A DNA stretch of 38,238 nucleotides from an uncultured Candidatus Saccharibacteria bacterium (GCA_964640425.1 CAZXFC010000001.1:46930-85167), one strand, 5' to 3'. Counted from the first letter of the stretch, positions 11,307 to 18,074 are shown. Program-made: numbers and translations. Notes: a model not told the origin generated them from the letters alone.

Positions 11307-11951
11307 ATGAGAAAAGAGGTTTTCACAAACGGTGAATTTTATCACGTGCATAACCGTGGAATAGATAAAAGGGTTGTTTTTGCGGATGCCGATGATTTTG
11401 AGCGTTTCCTGCAAAGTATGCAGGAATTTAATGTTATCGAACCAATCGGGAGTCTTTATGAATATTCGTTTTTAAAAGACAAGGTTTATAACCGTCGCCG
11501 CAAAAAAGGCAAATTGGTAAATTTTGTCGCCTACTGCTTAAACCCAAACCATTATCATTTTATTCTTGAACAAGCAGCAGAAAAAGGAATTGAAAAATTC
11601 ATGCAACGATTAGGAACCGGCTATTCAAACTATTTTAATGTTAAATACAAGAGAAATGGATCGCTGTTTCAGGGTACCTTCAAAGCCAAACACATTGATT
11701 CAAATGAATATTTGCTCCATTTAAGCGCTTACGTGAATTTAAATAACCGCATTCACCGACTTGGAAGCTTAGCTTCCAAGTCGAGTTGGAATGAATATGT
11801 AAATGAACAAAACGAGTTTTGCAATAAAAAGATTGTTTTAGATCAATTTAAAAATATAAACGAATATAGAGATTTCGCGGAGAGTTCCCTGAAAGACATA
11901 TTAGCCCGCAAGCAACTCTATAAAGAACTGGAAACAATTCTGTTTGATTAA
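11307..11951 (+). CDS. HUH/Y1 tyrosine transposase-like protein (REP-associated tyrosine transposase / IS200 TnpA family), 214 aa
   Basis: NPNHYHFIL (HUH motif), GEFYHVHNRG, and the SNEYLLHLSAYVNLNN helix carrying the candidate catalytic Tyr. Paralog at 23323-23964. Confidence 0.75.
   Translation: MRKEVFTNGEFYHVHNRGIDKRVVFADADDFERFLQSMQEFNVIEPIGSLYEYSFLKDKVYNRRRKKGKLVNFVAYCLNPNHYHFILEQAAEKGIEKFMQRLGTGYSNYFNVKYKRNGSLFQGTFKAKHIDSNEYLLHLSAYVNLNNRIHRLGSLASKSSWNEYVNEQNEFCNKKIVLDQFKNINEYRDFAESSLKDILARKQLYKELETILFD
11757..11783. repeat. REP-like perfect palindrome, family 1, intragenic in-frame copy
   Basis: cgACTTGGAAGCT-T-AGCTTCCAAGTcg, encoding RLGSLASKS within the transposase-like ORF. Confidence 0.95.
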
Positions 11952-11973
11952 CTTGGAAGCTTAGCTTCCAAGT
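11951..11973. repeat. REP-like perfect palindrome, family 1, downstream copy
   Basis: ACTTGGAAGCT-T-AGCTTCCAAGT. Its first base is the last base of the TAA stop. It lies between two convergent stop codons (11951 and 11977) and probably also acts as a bidirectional terminator hairpin. Confidence 0.95.
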
Positions 11974-11976
11974 CGG

Positions 11977-12720
11977 TTAATCATATGAACGTTCGCGCTC
12001 TTCAACCTCGCGGGCGGCGCAGCGATATCCGCAATAATCGCAATCATCGGACGGGCGCGGCATCTCGCCATCCAGACATTTTTTGATTTTTTGGAGCGTA
12101 GGCTCAATCCAGCCCGTATCGCCCGTGTAAGAGATTAGATTTATATAAAATTCCAACTTGCCGTCAAAGGCCTTTGCATCAACTTTTCCGGTGCAATAAA
12201 CAAAATACCCGGTTTTAGAAACTTCGTAACCCTTCTGGCGGAGAAGCCACTGATATATTTCCATCTGCCGTTTGTATCCGTCTTGCCATTCTTTGTCCAG
12301 CACCACAACCTGTTCTGCTTTCGCGGTCGCCTTGTAATCGACAATCATGTATTCTTTTTTTGAATCCTGCCAAAGGTCGTCTATCGCGCCGGTGATCAAG
12401 AAATTCGTCGGCTCGTGCAAATACTGAATGCCCTTGAAATTTTCACGCCAAATATCGAGTTCATTATGGGCCGCGGGCACAGCATCAATGCCATATCTTT
12501 TTTGTAAAGGATGCTGTGACCCGTTGGCGCGGTGAATATCGAATTCCGCTTTCAATAGCTTATCCACCGCGGAATTGAGCGAAAAAGGAAAACCCGGAGG
12601 ACGGCCTATGCCGAGCTTTCGGTCCAAATAGAAACACCTGGGGCATTCTACATATAGGTCTATCTTGGAACGGGATAGCTTAAAAGGCTTATCCGAGCTT
12701 TTATCGTAGCCGTTTTTCAT
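11977..12720 (-). CDS. PD-(D/E)XK nuclease, Cas4/RecB-like, with a Cys cluster
   Basis: GAIDDL (D), MIVDYKAT (D/ExK) and QMEIYQW (QxxxY) motifs. N-terminal CPRC plus C-terminal CDYCGYRC are consistent with a Cas4/AddB-type Fe-S cluster. Confidence 0.75.
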   Translation of the reverse strand: MKNGYDKSSDKPFKLSRSKIDLYVECPRCFYLDRKLGIGRPPGFPFSLNSAVDKLLKAEFDIHRANGSQHPLQKRYGIDAVPAAHNELDIWRENFKGIQYLHEPTNFLITGAIDDLWQDSKKEYMIVDYKATAKAEQVVVLDKEWQDGYKRQMEIYQWLLRQKGYEVSKTGYFVYCTGKVDAKAFDGKLEFYINLISYTGDTGWIEPTLQKIKKCLDGEMPRPSDDCDYCGYRCAAREVEERERSYD

Positions 12721-12753
12721 TTAAGAATATTGTAGCACCAAATAGAGCTGCGT

Positions 12754-13017
12754 TTATGTAAGCAATATAACGGCAATGTAAATCATAAGAAAAGCTCCTC
12801 CGTACAATGCGAGATCACGATTATCCAGATCGGCTTTGCCTTGCGGCGCCCGGGGCGCTTCTGCAAAAATTTTTCTGAAAAATGGGCTTTCCAGGGTATA
12901 ATTGAGCGCATCAGCAGACTCGCCCCAATATATATCGCATGTGGCGCAAAAAATCAGATCATTTTTTAGATCCGTTGCACTATCGCATATTTTACAAATA
13001 AATGGAGTCTTCATCAT
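12754..13017 (-). CDS. Small zinc-ribbon protein with a C-terminal TM anchor (87 aa)
   Basis: CKIC...CATC pairs, and the C-terminal hydrophobic helix GGAFLMIYIAVILL. A canonical promoter sits directly upstream with the ATG 6 nt after the -10 box. Confidence 0.55.
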   Translation of the reverse strand: MMKTPFICKICDSATDLKNDLIFCATCDIYWGESADALNYTLESPFFRKIFAEAPRAPQGKADLDNRDLALYGGAFLMIYIAVILLT

Positions 13018-13023
13018 GCGTTT

Positions 13024-13051
13024 ATTTTATCATTTTACTATAATTTGTCAA
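13024..13051 (-). promoter_or_regulatory. Sigma70-type promoter driving a leaderless transcript
   Basis: Minus strand TTGACA (13051-13046), 16 nt, TGaTAAAAT (-10 at 13029-13024), then 6 nt to ATG 13017. Confidence 0.7.
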
Positions 13052-13078
13052 GATACCTGATTTTTAGCCTTATAAGAC

Positions 13079-13107
13079 TTGACATTAAAGCTTATTCATG
13101 ATAAATT
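13079..13107 (+). promoter_or_regulatory. Sigma70-type promoter of the SLT gene
   Basis: TTGACA (13079-13084), 17 nt, TGaTAAATT (-10 at 13102-13107). Followed by a 20-nt leader with a GGGAGG SD. Confidence 0.7.
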
Positions 13108-13127
13108 TGTGAAAGAAGGGAGGACTC

Positions 13128-13787
13128 ATGAAAAGGATATTTATTAGAAGTATTTTGACATCTTCTCTGATACTCGCGTTCACATATCCTCAAGTGTTGT
13201 CCGCAAAAGAAGACCCGATTGAAAAATCGGTTGAGAATTTAAGGACCAGAGTCAGAGAACGCAAGGAGCTTGCCGCAATGCAGCGGGATATTTTGAGAAA
13301 AAAGTTTTCGGAACAGTATTCAACCCCGAAAAGAAAAATATCTCCGCGAAAAGCGTCCGGTCCGCCTAAATCCGCCGCCAAAGATCCGTGCCGGGAGCTT
13401 CGGCCAACCATTTCTGAAATTGCTAAACAATACAAGTTTGATCCCATCGACATTGAATCAATGATCCGCACGGAATCAAGCTGTAATGTTAAAGCCAGCG
13501 GTACCAAGGGCGAGATAGGCCTGACGCAAGTCATGCCTTCAACGGTATTGGATAAATTGAGAAAAGATCCTAAATTTAACATACTTGTCGGGACCCATAT
13601 ATTGGCCGAAAATAGAAAAAAATTCGGCGATACAAAAAAGGCAATTCTGGCATATAATAAAGGCGAAGGCGGAGCTCGAAAAGCGCTTGCTGCAGGGAAA
13701 AAACCCGAGCAAATTGAACACGTCAAACGATTTTTGCGGCACAAAAAAAGTTTGGAAATCATTGAAGTCAGCACCCCGATCTATTAA
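13128..13787 (+). CDS. Lytic transglycosylase (SLT domain) with signal peptide
   Basis: The catalytic Glu context ESMIRTESSCN, GEIGLTQVMPST and AYNKGEGG are typical of family-1 SLT domains. N-terminal signal sequence. Confidence 0.8.
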   Translation: MKRIFIRSILTSSLILAFTYPQVLSAKEDPIEKSVENLRTRVRERKELAAMQRDILRKKFSEQYSTPKRKISPRKASGPPKSAAKDPCRELRPTISEIAKQYKFDPIDIESMIRTESSCNVKASGTKGEIGLTQVMPSTVLDKLRKDPKFNILVGTHILAENRKKFGDTKKAILAYNKGEGGARKALAAGKKPEQIEHVKRFLRHKKSLEIIEVSTPIY

Positions 13788-13820
13788 CCCCGCAGTCCTT
13801 GTACTATGGGGTTTTATTTT
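13786..13820 (+). terminator. Rho-independent terminator
   Basis: AACCCC...GGGGTT stem followed by TTTTATTTT. Confidence 0.65.
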
Positions 13821-13821
13821 G

Positions 13822-13925
13822 AAAAAAATAAACTAAGAGGCTTTTTGCGGGTTTTGCCAGCAGGCAACCCTGAGCGAGCAGTAGCGAGGCGAAGAAAGCA
13901 AAAAGACTGCTTAGTTTATTTTTTT
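13822..13925. repeat. 104-nt branched palindromic element (copy B)
   Basis: Outer arms aaaaaaataaactaag-agg-ctttttgc / gcaaaaag-act-gcttagtttattttttt pair with each other. Inner hairpin GGGTTTTGCCagcaGGCAACCC. Same length and architecture as copy A (2953-3056). Lies between convergent gene ends. Confidence 0.55.
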
Positions 13926-14538
13926 ACTTCTCCGCTACGCTTACGCTCGTGATTACCGCGCCGGTCAGCGGCTTATCGTTCGGATCTGTTTTCAGCAAGC
14001 CGATCTTGTCCACGACGTCCTGGCCGTTCGTCACCTTTCCGAAAATAGTATAATTGTTCGGCAAAGGATAATCTTCAAGCATTATGAAAAATTGGCTGCC
14101 ATTTGTATTCGGACCGGCGTTCGCCATCGCCACTACTCCTTTTTTATAACCGGCTTTGTAAGAATCCGTCGCAGGATTTAATTCATCTTCAAAAGAATAA
14201 CCCGGACCTCCCCTTCCTGTTCCGGTCGGGTCGCCCCCCTGGATCATGAAACCCTTGATGACGCGGTGAAATATTACTCCGTTATAAAACCCCTTCTTCG
14301 CCAGCGTAATAAAATTGTTTACGGCTTTCGGCGCGTCGGCTTCGTAAGTCTCAAATGTTATTTCCCCAAAATTCGTGAATAAAGTTATCATATGTTTTCC
14401 GCTGTTATCGGCTGATAATATATTTTTTTCCTGAGACTCAACTGGGCGATTAGCAGTATAGAACCAAAATACGCCTACGCCTAGACCCAGGGCGAAAAGA
14501 ACGAAAATTAACGATAAAATCTTTGAAAATCCCCTCAT
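13924..14538 (-). CDS. Cyclophilin-type peptidyl-prolyl cis-trans isomerase with N-terminal membrane anchor
   Basis: FHRVIKGFMIQGGDPTGTGRGGPGY and GPNTNGSQFFI motifs. Confidence 0.92.
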   Translation of the reverse strand: MRGFSKILSLIFVLFALGLGVGVFWFYTANRPVESQEKNILSADNSGKHMITLFTNFGEITFETYEADAPKAVNNFITLAKKGFYNGVIFHRVIKGFMIQGGDPTGTGRGGPGYSFEDELNPATDSYKAGYKKGVVAMANAGPNTNGSQFFIMLEDYPLPNNYTIFGKVTNGQDVVDKIGLLKTDPNDKPLTGAVITSVSVAEK

Positions 14539-14583
14539 GACTTAATTATATTACATAAAGAATCTTAACGCAAAAACCGCAAA

Positions 14584-14606
14584 GAAAAAACCCGCGCTGG
14601 GGTTTG
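14584..14606 (-). terminator. Weak rho-independent terminator after the PhoH-like gene
   Basis: AAACCC-cagcgc-GGGTTT followed by a T run on the minus strand. Confidence 0.45.
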
Positions 14607-14608
14607 TT

Positions 14609-16033
14609 CTAAAGTTTTGCCGACATTTCCGCGAGCCGGCCTCTGTAAACCTTTTCTTTTAAAATAAGATGGGCAAACTCTTCTTCACCCTTATAAGTAT
14701 TTATGAGGTGAACAAGTCCGTTTGATTTGGAATCAAGCCGAGCGGCCGGCGGAATTTGGTCTGGGTCTCCGGTAAAAACTATTTTTGCCGGATCCGCCGG
14801 GCGGGAGGCAAGCATTTTAATATCTTTCTTTTTAAATAATTGCGGCTCATCAGCTACGATGAATCGGTTCCGCAAATTGCCTCCCTGCTGATAATTTATC
14901 GGCAATATGTCCAAATGTCCCTGAGCAATATAACTATTTACTATATTTTCAACCCCTTCGGGTTTTTCGCTCATAATCGGAACGCCTCTTCTGTCGAATT
15001 TAGCCGGCATGGCATGCGATCCGTCCAAATTTAAAATTATTTCAAAGGCGTCATAGACGGGTTGTTTCCATGGCCGAAATTTAGTGGAAGCGTCACCCGG
15101 CAAAGAACCTTGTTTCTCGCCGTATTCGATACTGGGCCTGAAAAAGAGGAGCTTTTTAAAAATATCCGGTTTTGCAAATCTTTGCTGCCAGCCGACTGCG
15201 GCGGCAAGCAGCGTCTTTCCGGTGCCCGCCTGGCCCATAAGGGACACGGCAAGAATTTCCGGGTCCAAGAGCAAGTGGCACGCAAATAATTGCTCGGAAT
15301 TTTTAGGCTCGATACGCAAGTTAATATTTCCCAAATCCTGCACGACCCTGAAAATTCGGGCCTTTTTTTTATAAATTGCCAACGCTGTCTTGTCTCCGCA
15401 GCGGATATAGCAGCAATGATTTGGAAAAAGATCTTTGCTTTTAAAGTTTAACGCAGCCGATAATATCAGCGAACTTTCGACGCGTTTTTCAGAATAGAGC
15501 TTATCGATCAGATCGGCGCCCGCCGGATCCAAATTTATATCCATCATGCCGGAATAAAGATGTTCAATCTGATCGTACTTATAATCTTCCGCCTTAAGTC
15601 CGCAGGCGTTTGCTTTCAAACGCGGAGCTTTGTCTTTACTGACAAAAATCACTTCTCTTCCGGGATTGGCTTTTTGCAGCTGATAAGCAAGAAGTATCAT
15701 GCGATTGTCATTTTTGATATCAAGCCCGGTCGGCAATTCCGTAAAATCCTTGTCCAAAGTAAAACGGACGAAAAACTTTCCGCCTCCGGGAGTAGGTATC
15801 CCGTCGACAAATGAACCGCGCGCCTCGCATTCAATCAGCTTCCGCAATGCTTCTCTGGCATCAAACTCTTTCTCCGGACGACCGGCAAGATTATCAAGTT
15901 CTTCATACATGCAACCGTGCGCGACGACTATATTTTCCGCAAAATTATCTATCGCGGTCGCGTCGTGCATCGCGACACTAGTATCGGGAACTATGATCTT
16001 GGCTGTTTCTGAATTTAAGAAGATATTTTTCAA
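14609..16033 (-). CDS. PIN-domain / PhoH-like ATPase fusion (YlaK-type)
   Basis: 474 aa. PIN-like N-terminus (IVPDTSVAMHD), Walker A GQAGTGKT, C-terminal PhoH-like GDPDQI. TTG start with a GAGGGAAGG SD. Confidence 0.85.
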   Translation of the reverse strand: MKNIFLNSETAKIIVPDTSVAMHDATAIDNFAENIVVAHGCMYEELDNLAGRPEKEFDAREALRKLIECEARGSFVDGIPTPGGGKFFVRFTLDKDFTELPTGLDIKNDNRMILLAYQLQKANPGREVIFVSKDKAPRLKANACGLKAEDYKYDQIEHLYSGMMDINLDPAGADLIDKLYSEKRVESSLILSAALNFKSKDLFPNHCCYIRCGDKTALAIYKKKARIFRVVQDLGNINLRIEPKNSEQLFACHLLLDPEILAVSLMGQAGTGKTLLAAAVGWQQRFAKPDIFKKLLFFRPSIEYGEKQGSLPGDASTKFRPWKQPVYDAFEIILNLDGSHAMPAKFDRRGVPIMSEKPEGVENIVNSYIAQGHLDILPINYQQGGNLRNRFIVADEPQLFKKKDIKMLASRPADPAKIVFTGDPDQIPPAARLDSKSNGLVHLINTYKGEEEFAHLILKEKVYRGRLAEMSAKL

Positions 16034-16077
16034 CGGCCTTCCCTCTTGCTGTCAACGTGCGTTTGCTAATGTAAAGA

Positions 16078-16108
16078 TAAAATAAGAAAGGCCTCTTGTC
16101 TAGAGGCC
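16078..16108 (-). terminator. Rho-independent terminator inside the 16034-16280 spacer
   Basis: GGCCTCT-agaca-AGAGGCC followed by TTTCTTATTTT on the minus strand. Confidence 0.55.
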
Positions 16109-16149
16109 ATAAAATATATAATTTTTCTCCTTATGTTTGATTTCAATAC

Positions 16150-16246
16150 GCTTATGGGCACTTGTGGTCCGCCGCGTAAACTGATCGGTCCGACCTGAGT
16201 CGTGACCGGCAGGCGCAAGCTTGTGGGCACTTTTGGTCCGCCGCGT
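16150..16246 (-). repeat. Two 28-nt direct repeats (2 mismatches) spaced 69 nt apart, flanking a strong hairpin
   Basis: gcttatgggcacttgtggtccgccgcgt (16150-16177) and gcttgtgggcacttttggtccgccgcgt (16219-16246). The central hairpin GGTCaCGAC-tcag-GTCGGACC is seen on the minus strand. Confidence 0.8.
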
Positions 16247-16280
16247 TGCGCAAAATCAAAATAAGTAAGAAAAGGAATTG

Positions 16281-17153
16281 CTAGAGCGATGCCATCTTGG
16301 CACTTTCTTCTTCTTGTTTTCTTTTTTTAAGATTTTCTTTAACATGACTCCGGATGTTTTCAGCCGGATACGTATCAACGGAAGACATATCATAAGGGCT
16401 TTGCCAGATGCCGCACGGCACCTCAATTCCCTTTCCGCTGCGCTTTAATTTTGAACCGATATTCTTAAAAACTATTTCTGCGCTCCCAAGTTCAGGATCA
16501 TCATACGCGTAGATGACCGGACTGCCCGGCTTCCATTTACTGAGCTCCGCGTGCAGTGCGGTAACCGACTTTTCAAGCTCATCTTCTCGGCTTGTCTTTT
16601 TGTTCTTGCCGGACCGCCGTTCTCCTCTTCCGTAAACCATCCATAACGCAAGTAAAATGAGCGCTGCACCACCCATTACCATAAGCGTCATAGTTATTTT
16701 CCACCAAGCAAGATCCATTTCTGCTTTCCCAAGAATATTCACAGTTTCTGAATGCTTCTTATTCAGTACTGCAAACTTTTCATTTGCGCTGATTTTATCC
16801 TTTATCGATCGGTCTATTTTCGCAAGCCAAAACTCTTCGTATTCAGCGCGTGATTTGGCGGGAAAAAAGAGGTTATCTCCGGTTCTTATTTGTTTCGCCC
16901 ATGCCAAAGCTACTTTCATGTCCTCGCTTAAATTTTTACGCAGCACGGCGGTCATGCAGCGGCCCGTTGTCATTCCGGAAGGAAGCAGCTTTTTAGCATA
17001 ACGATCCGCGCATATCCCCGAAATAGTATCGCCTTTCTCGATCACGATCAGGTCGGCGCCTTCTTTTTCGGAAAGTTTATGCGCGGGAGCTTTGTCCGAA
17101 AATGCGATAATAAACAAAGTAATAACCAATAAAGATATTTGAAGTTTTGTCAT
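16281..17153 (-). CDS. Hypothetical bitopic membrane protein (290 aa)
   Basis: Signal peptide, a central TM helix (WWKITMTLMVMGGAALILLALWMVYG) and a charged C-terminal half. Last gene of a long minus-strand operon. Confidence 0.6.
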   Translation of the reverse strand: MTKLQISLLVITLFIIAFSDKAPAHKLSEKEGADLIVIEKGDTISGICADRYAKKLLPSGMTTGRCMTAVLRKNLSEDMKVALAWAKQIRTGDNLFFPAKSRAEYEEFWLAKIDRSIKDKISANEKFAVLNKKHSETVNILGKAEMDLAWWKITMTLMVMGGAALILLALWMVYGRGERRSGKNKKTSREDELEKSVTALHAELSKWKPGSPVIYAYDDPELGSAEIVFKNIGSKLKRSGKGIEVPCGIWQSPYDMSSVDTYPAENIRSHVKENLKKRKQEEESAKMASL

Positions 17154-17729
17154 TTACTTACCCCATCCTTTCATCTTCGGCCGGCCGCGCTCGTATTTTC
17201 TGCTGTTATTGCTGTTGGGCTGATTGTTGTTGTCATTATGATTTTCAGCATTAGAACTCGACGAGGATGAAGCGGCAGTTTTTGCAACCTGTTCTTGAAC
17301 TTGCTGCTGACCGCCCTGCAATTGATTCGTTTCGGTATTTTGATTTAATTCCGGACTTTGATTTTGCGAACCCGAAACACTGATGTTCGAATTGTACTTA
17401 TTCGGCTTGAATTGGCCCGCGGTAACCGCTTGAAGCCCCCCTTGGACGCCTGTATTCACAATTCCCAAACCGAGATTTTTTGTGCTGCCCTCGGAAGCAA
17501 AACCCGTATCAAGTGAAGATACATATTCATTGCCGTCGGAATCCTTTTGCAGCACAAAACCTCTGCTGATTGTTAAACCTGGCCGGATATCGCCTCCGTC
17601 GCCGCAACCTACCAATAATATTTTACTGGTAAAACCGTGCGGCTCTTCCAAGTGTGACTTGCACGCAAGCTGGCCTGCGCATCCCGAGAAAAATAAAGCT
17701 CCGAAAACAAAAAAGCATTTTCTAAACAT
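17154..17729 (-). CDS. Putative lipoprotein with a Gln/Asn/Ser-rich tail (191 aa)
   Basis: Lipobox-like FFSGC at residues 13-17. Low-complexity C-terminus. Confidence 0.6.
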   Translation of the reverse strand: MFRKCFFVFGALFFSGCAGQLACKSHLEEPHGFTSKILLVGCGDGGDIRPGLTISRGFVLQKDSDGNEYVSSLDTGFASEGSTKNLGLGIVNTGVQGGLQAVTAGQFKPNKYNSNISVSGSQNQSPELNQNTETNQLQGGQQQVQEQVAKTAASSSSSSNAENHNDNNNQPNSNNSRKYERGRPKMKGWGK

Positions 17730-17756
17730 CGCTGCCTCCTTTTTTGGTCCACAGAT

Positions 17757-18074
17757 TTAATTGCACGTGTTTACTGTTTGTATAACTGTCGGATTAACCA
17801 AGCCTCTGCTAAAAATATATGCTCCCGAAGATCCGCCGATGCCTGAATCATTATTATGCAGCCCATAAGACTGCGTAACGATCGTACTTTTGTCTCTGCA
17901 GGGCAACATAAACACTTTGAATTTTTTCTTCTCTTCTATTGCTTCCAATTTTTCCTTTAATGTTTTTTCACCGAACATGCGCGGCGATTTTCCGTTCGCA
18001 AGCGCATATCCATGGAAAACAAATAGCGCCAAAAGTAAAAGTGCGCCTAAAATCACGCTGAATTTCCAAAGCAT
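17757..18074 (-). CDS. Small secreted protein (105 aa)
   Basis: AAGGAGG lies 7 nt upstream of ATG 18074 (MLWKFSVILGALLLLALF...), so I shortened the ORF-track start at 18122. Signal peptide present. Confidence 0.55.
   Translation of the reverse strand: MLWKFSVILGALLLLALFVFHGYALANGKSPRMFGEKTLKEKLEAIEEKKKFKVFMLPCRDKSTIVTQSYGLHNNDSGIGGSSGAYIFSRGLVNPTVIQTVNTCN

Larger units (their letters stand above)
11267..11973 (+). mobile_element. RAYT/IS200-like unit 1 (707 bp): a Y1 HUH transposase-like gene bounded by cognate palindromes
   Basis: Palindromes at both ends plus the HUH/Y1 ORF between them. See the component features. Confidence 0.55.

Noticed and set aside
13190-13774. 194-aa minus-strand ORF
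   Set aside because: It is antisense to the SLT lytic transglycosylase gene, which has clear catalytic motifs, a promoter, an SD and a terminator.
16150-16246. Possible two-repeat mini-CRISPR (28-nt repeats, 41-nt spacer)
   Set aside because: There are only two repeats, and they carry 2 mismatches. The 'spacer' is itself a strong hairpin. There are no cas genes and no leader in the window. Reported instead as a structured repeat region.
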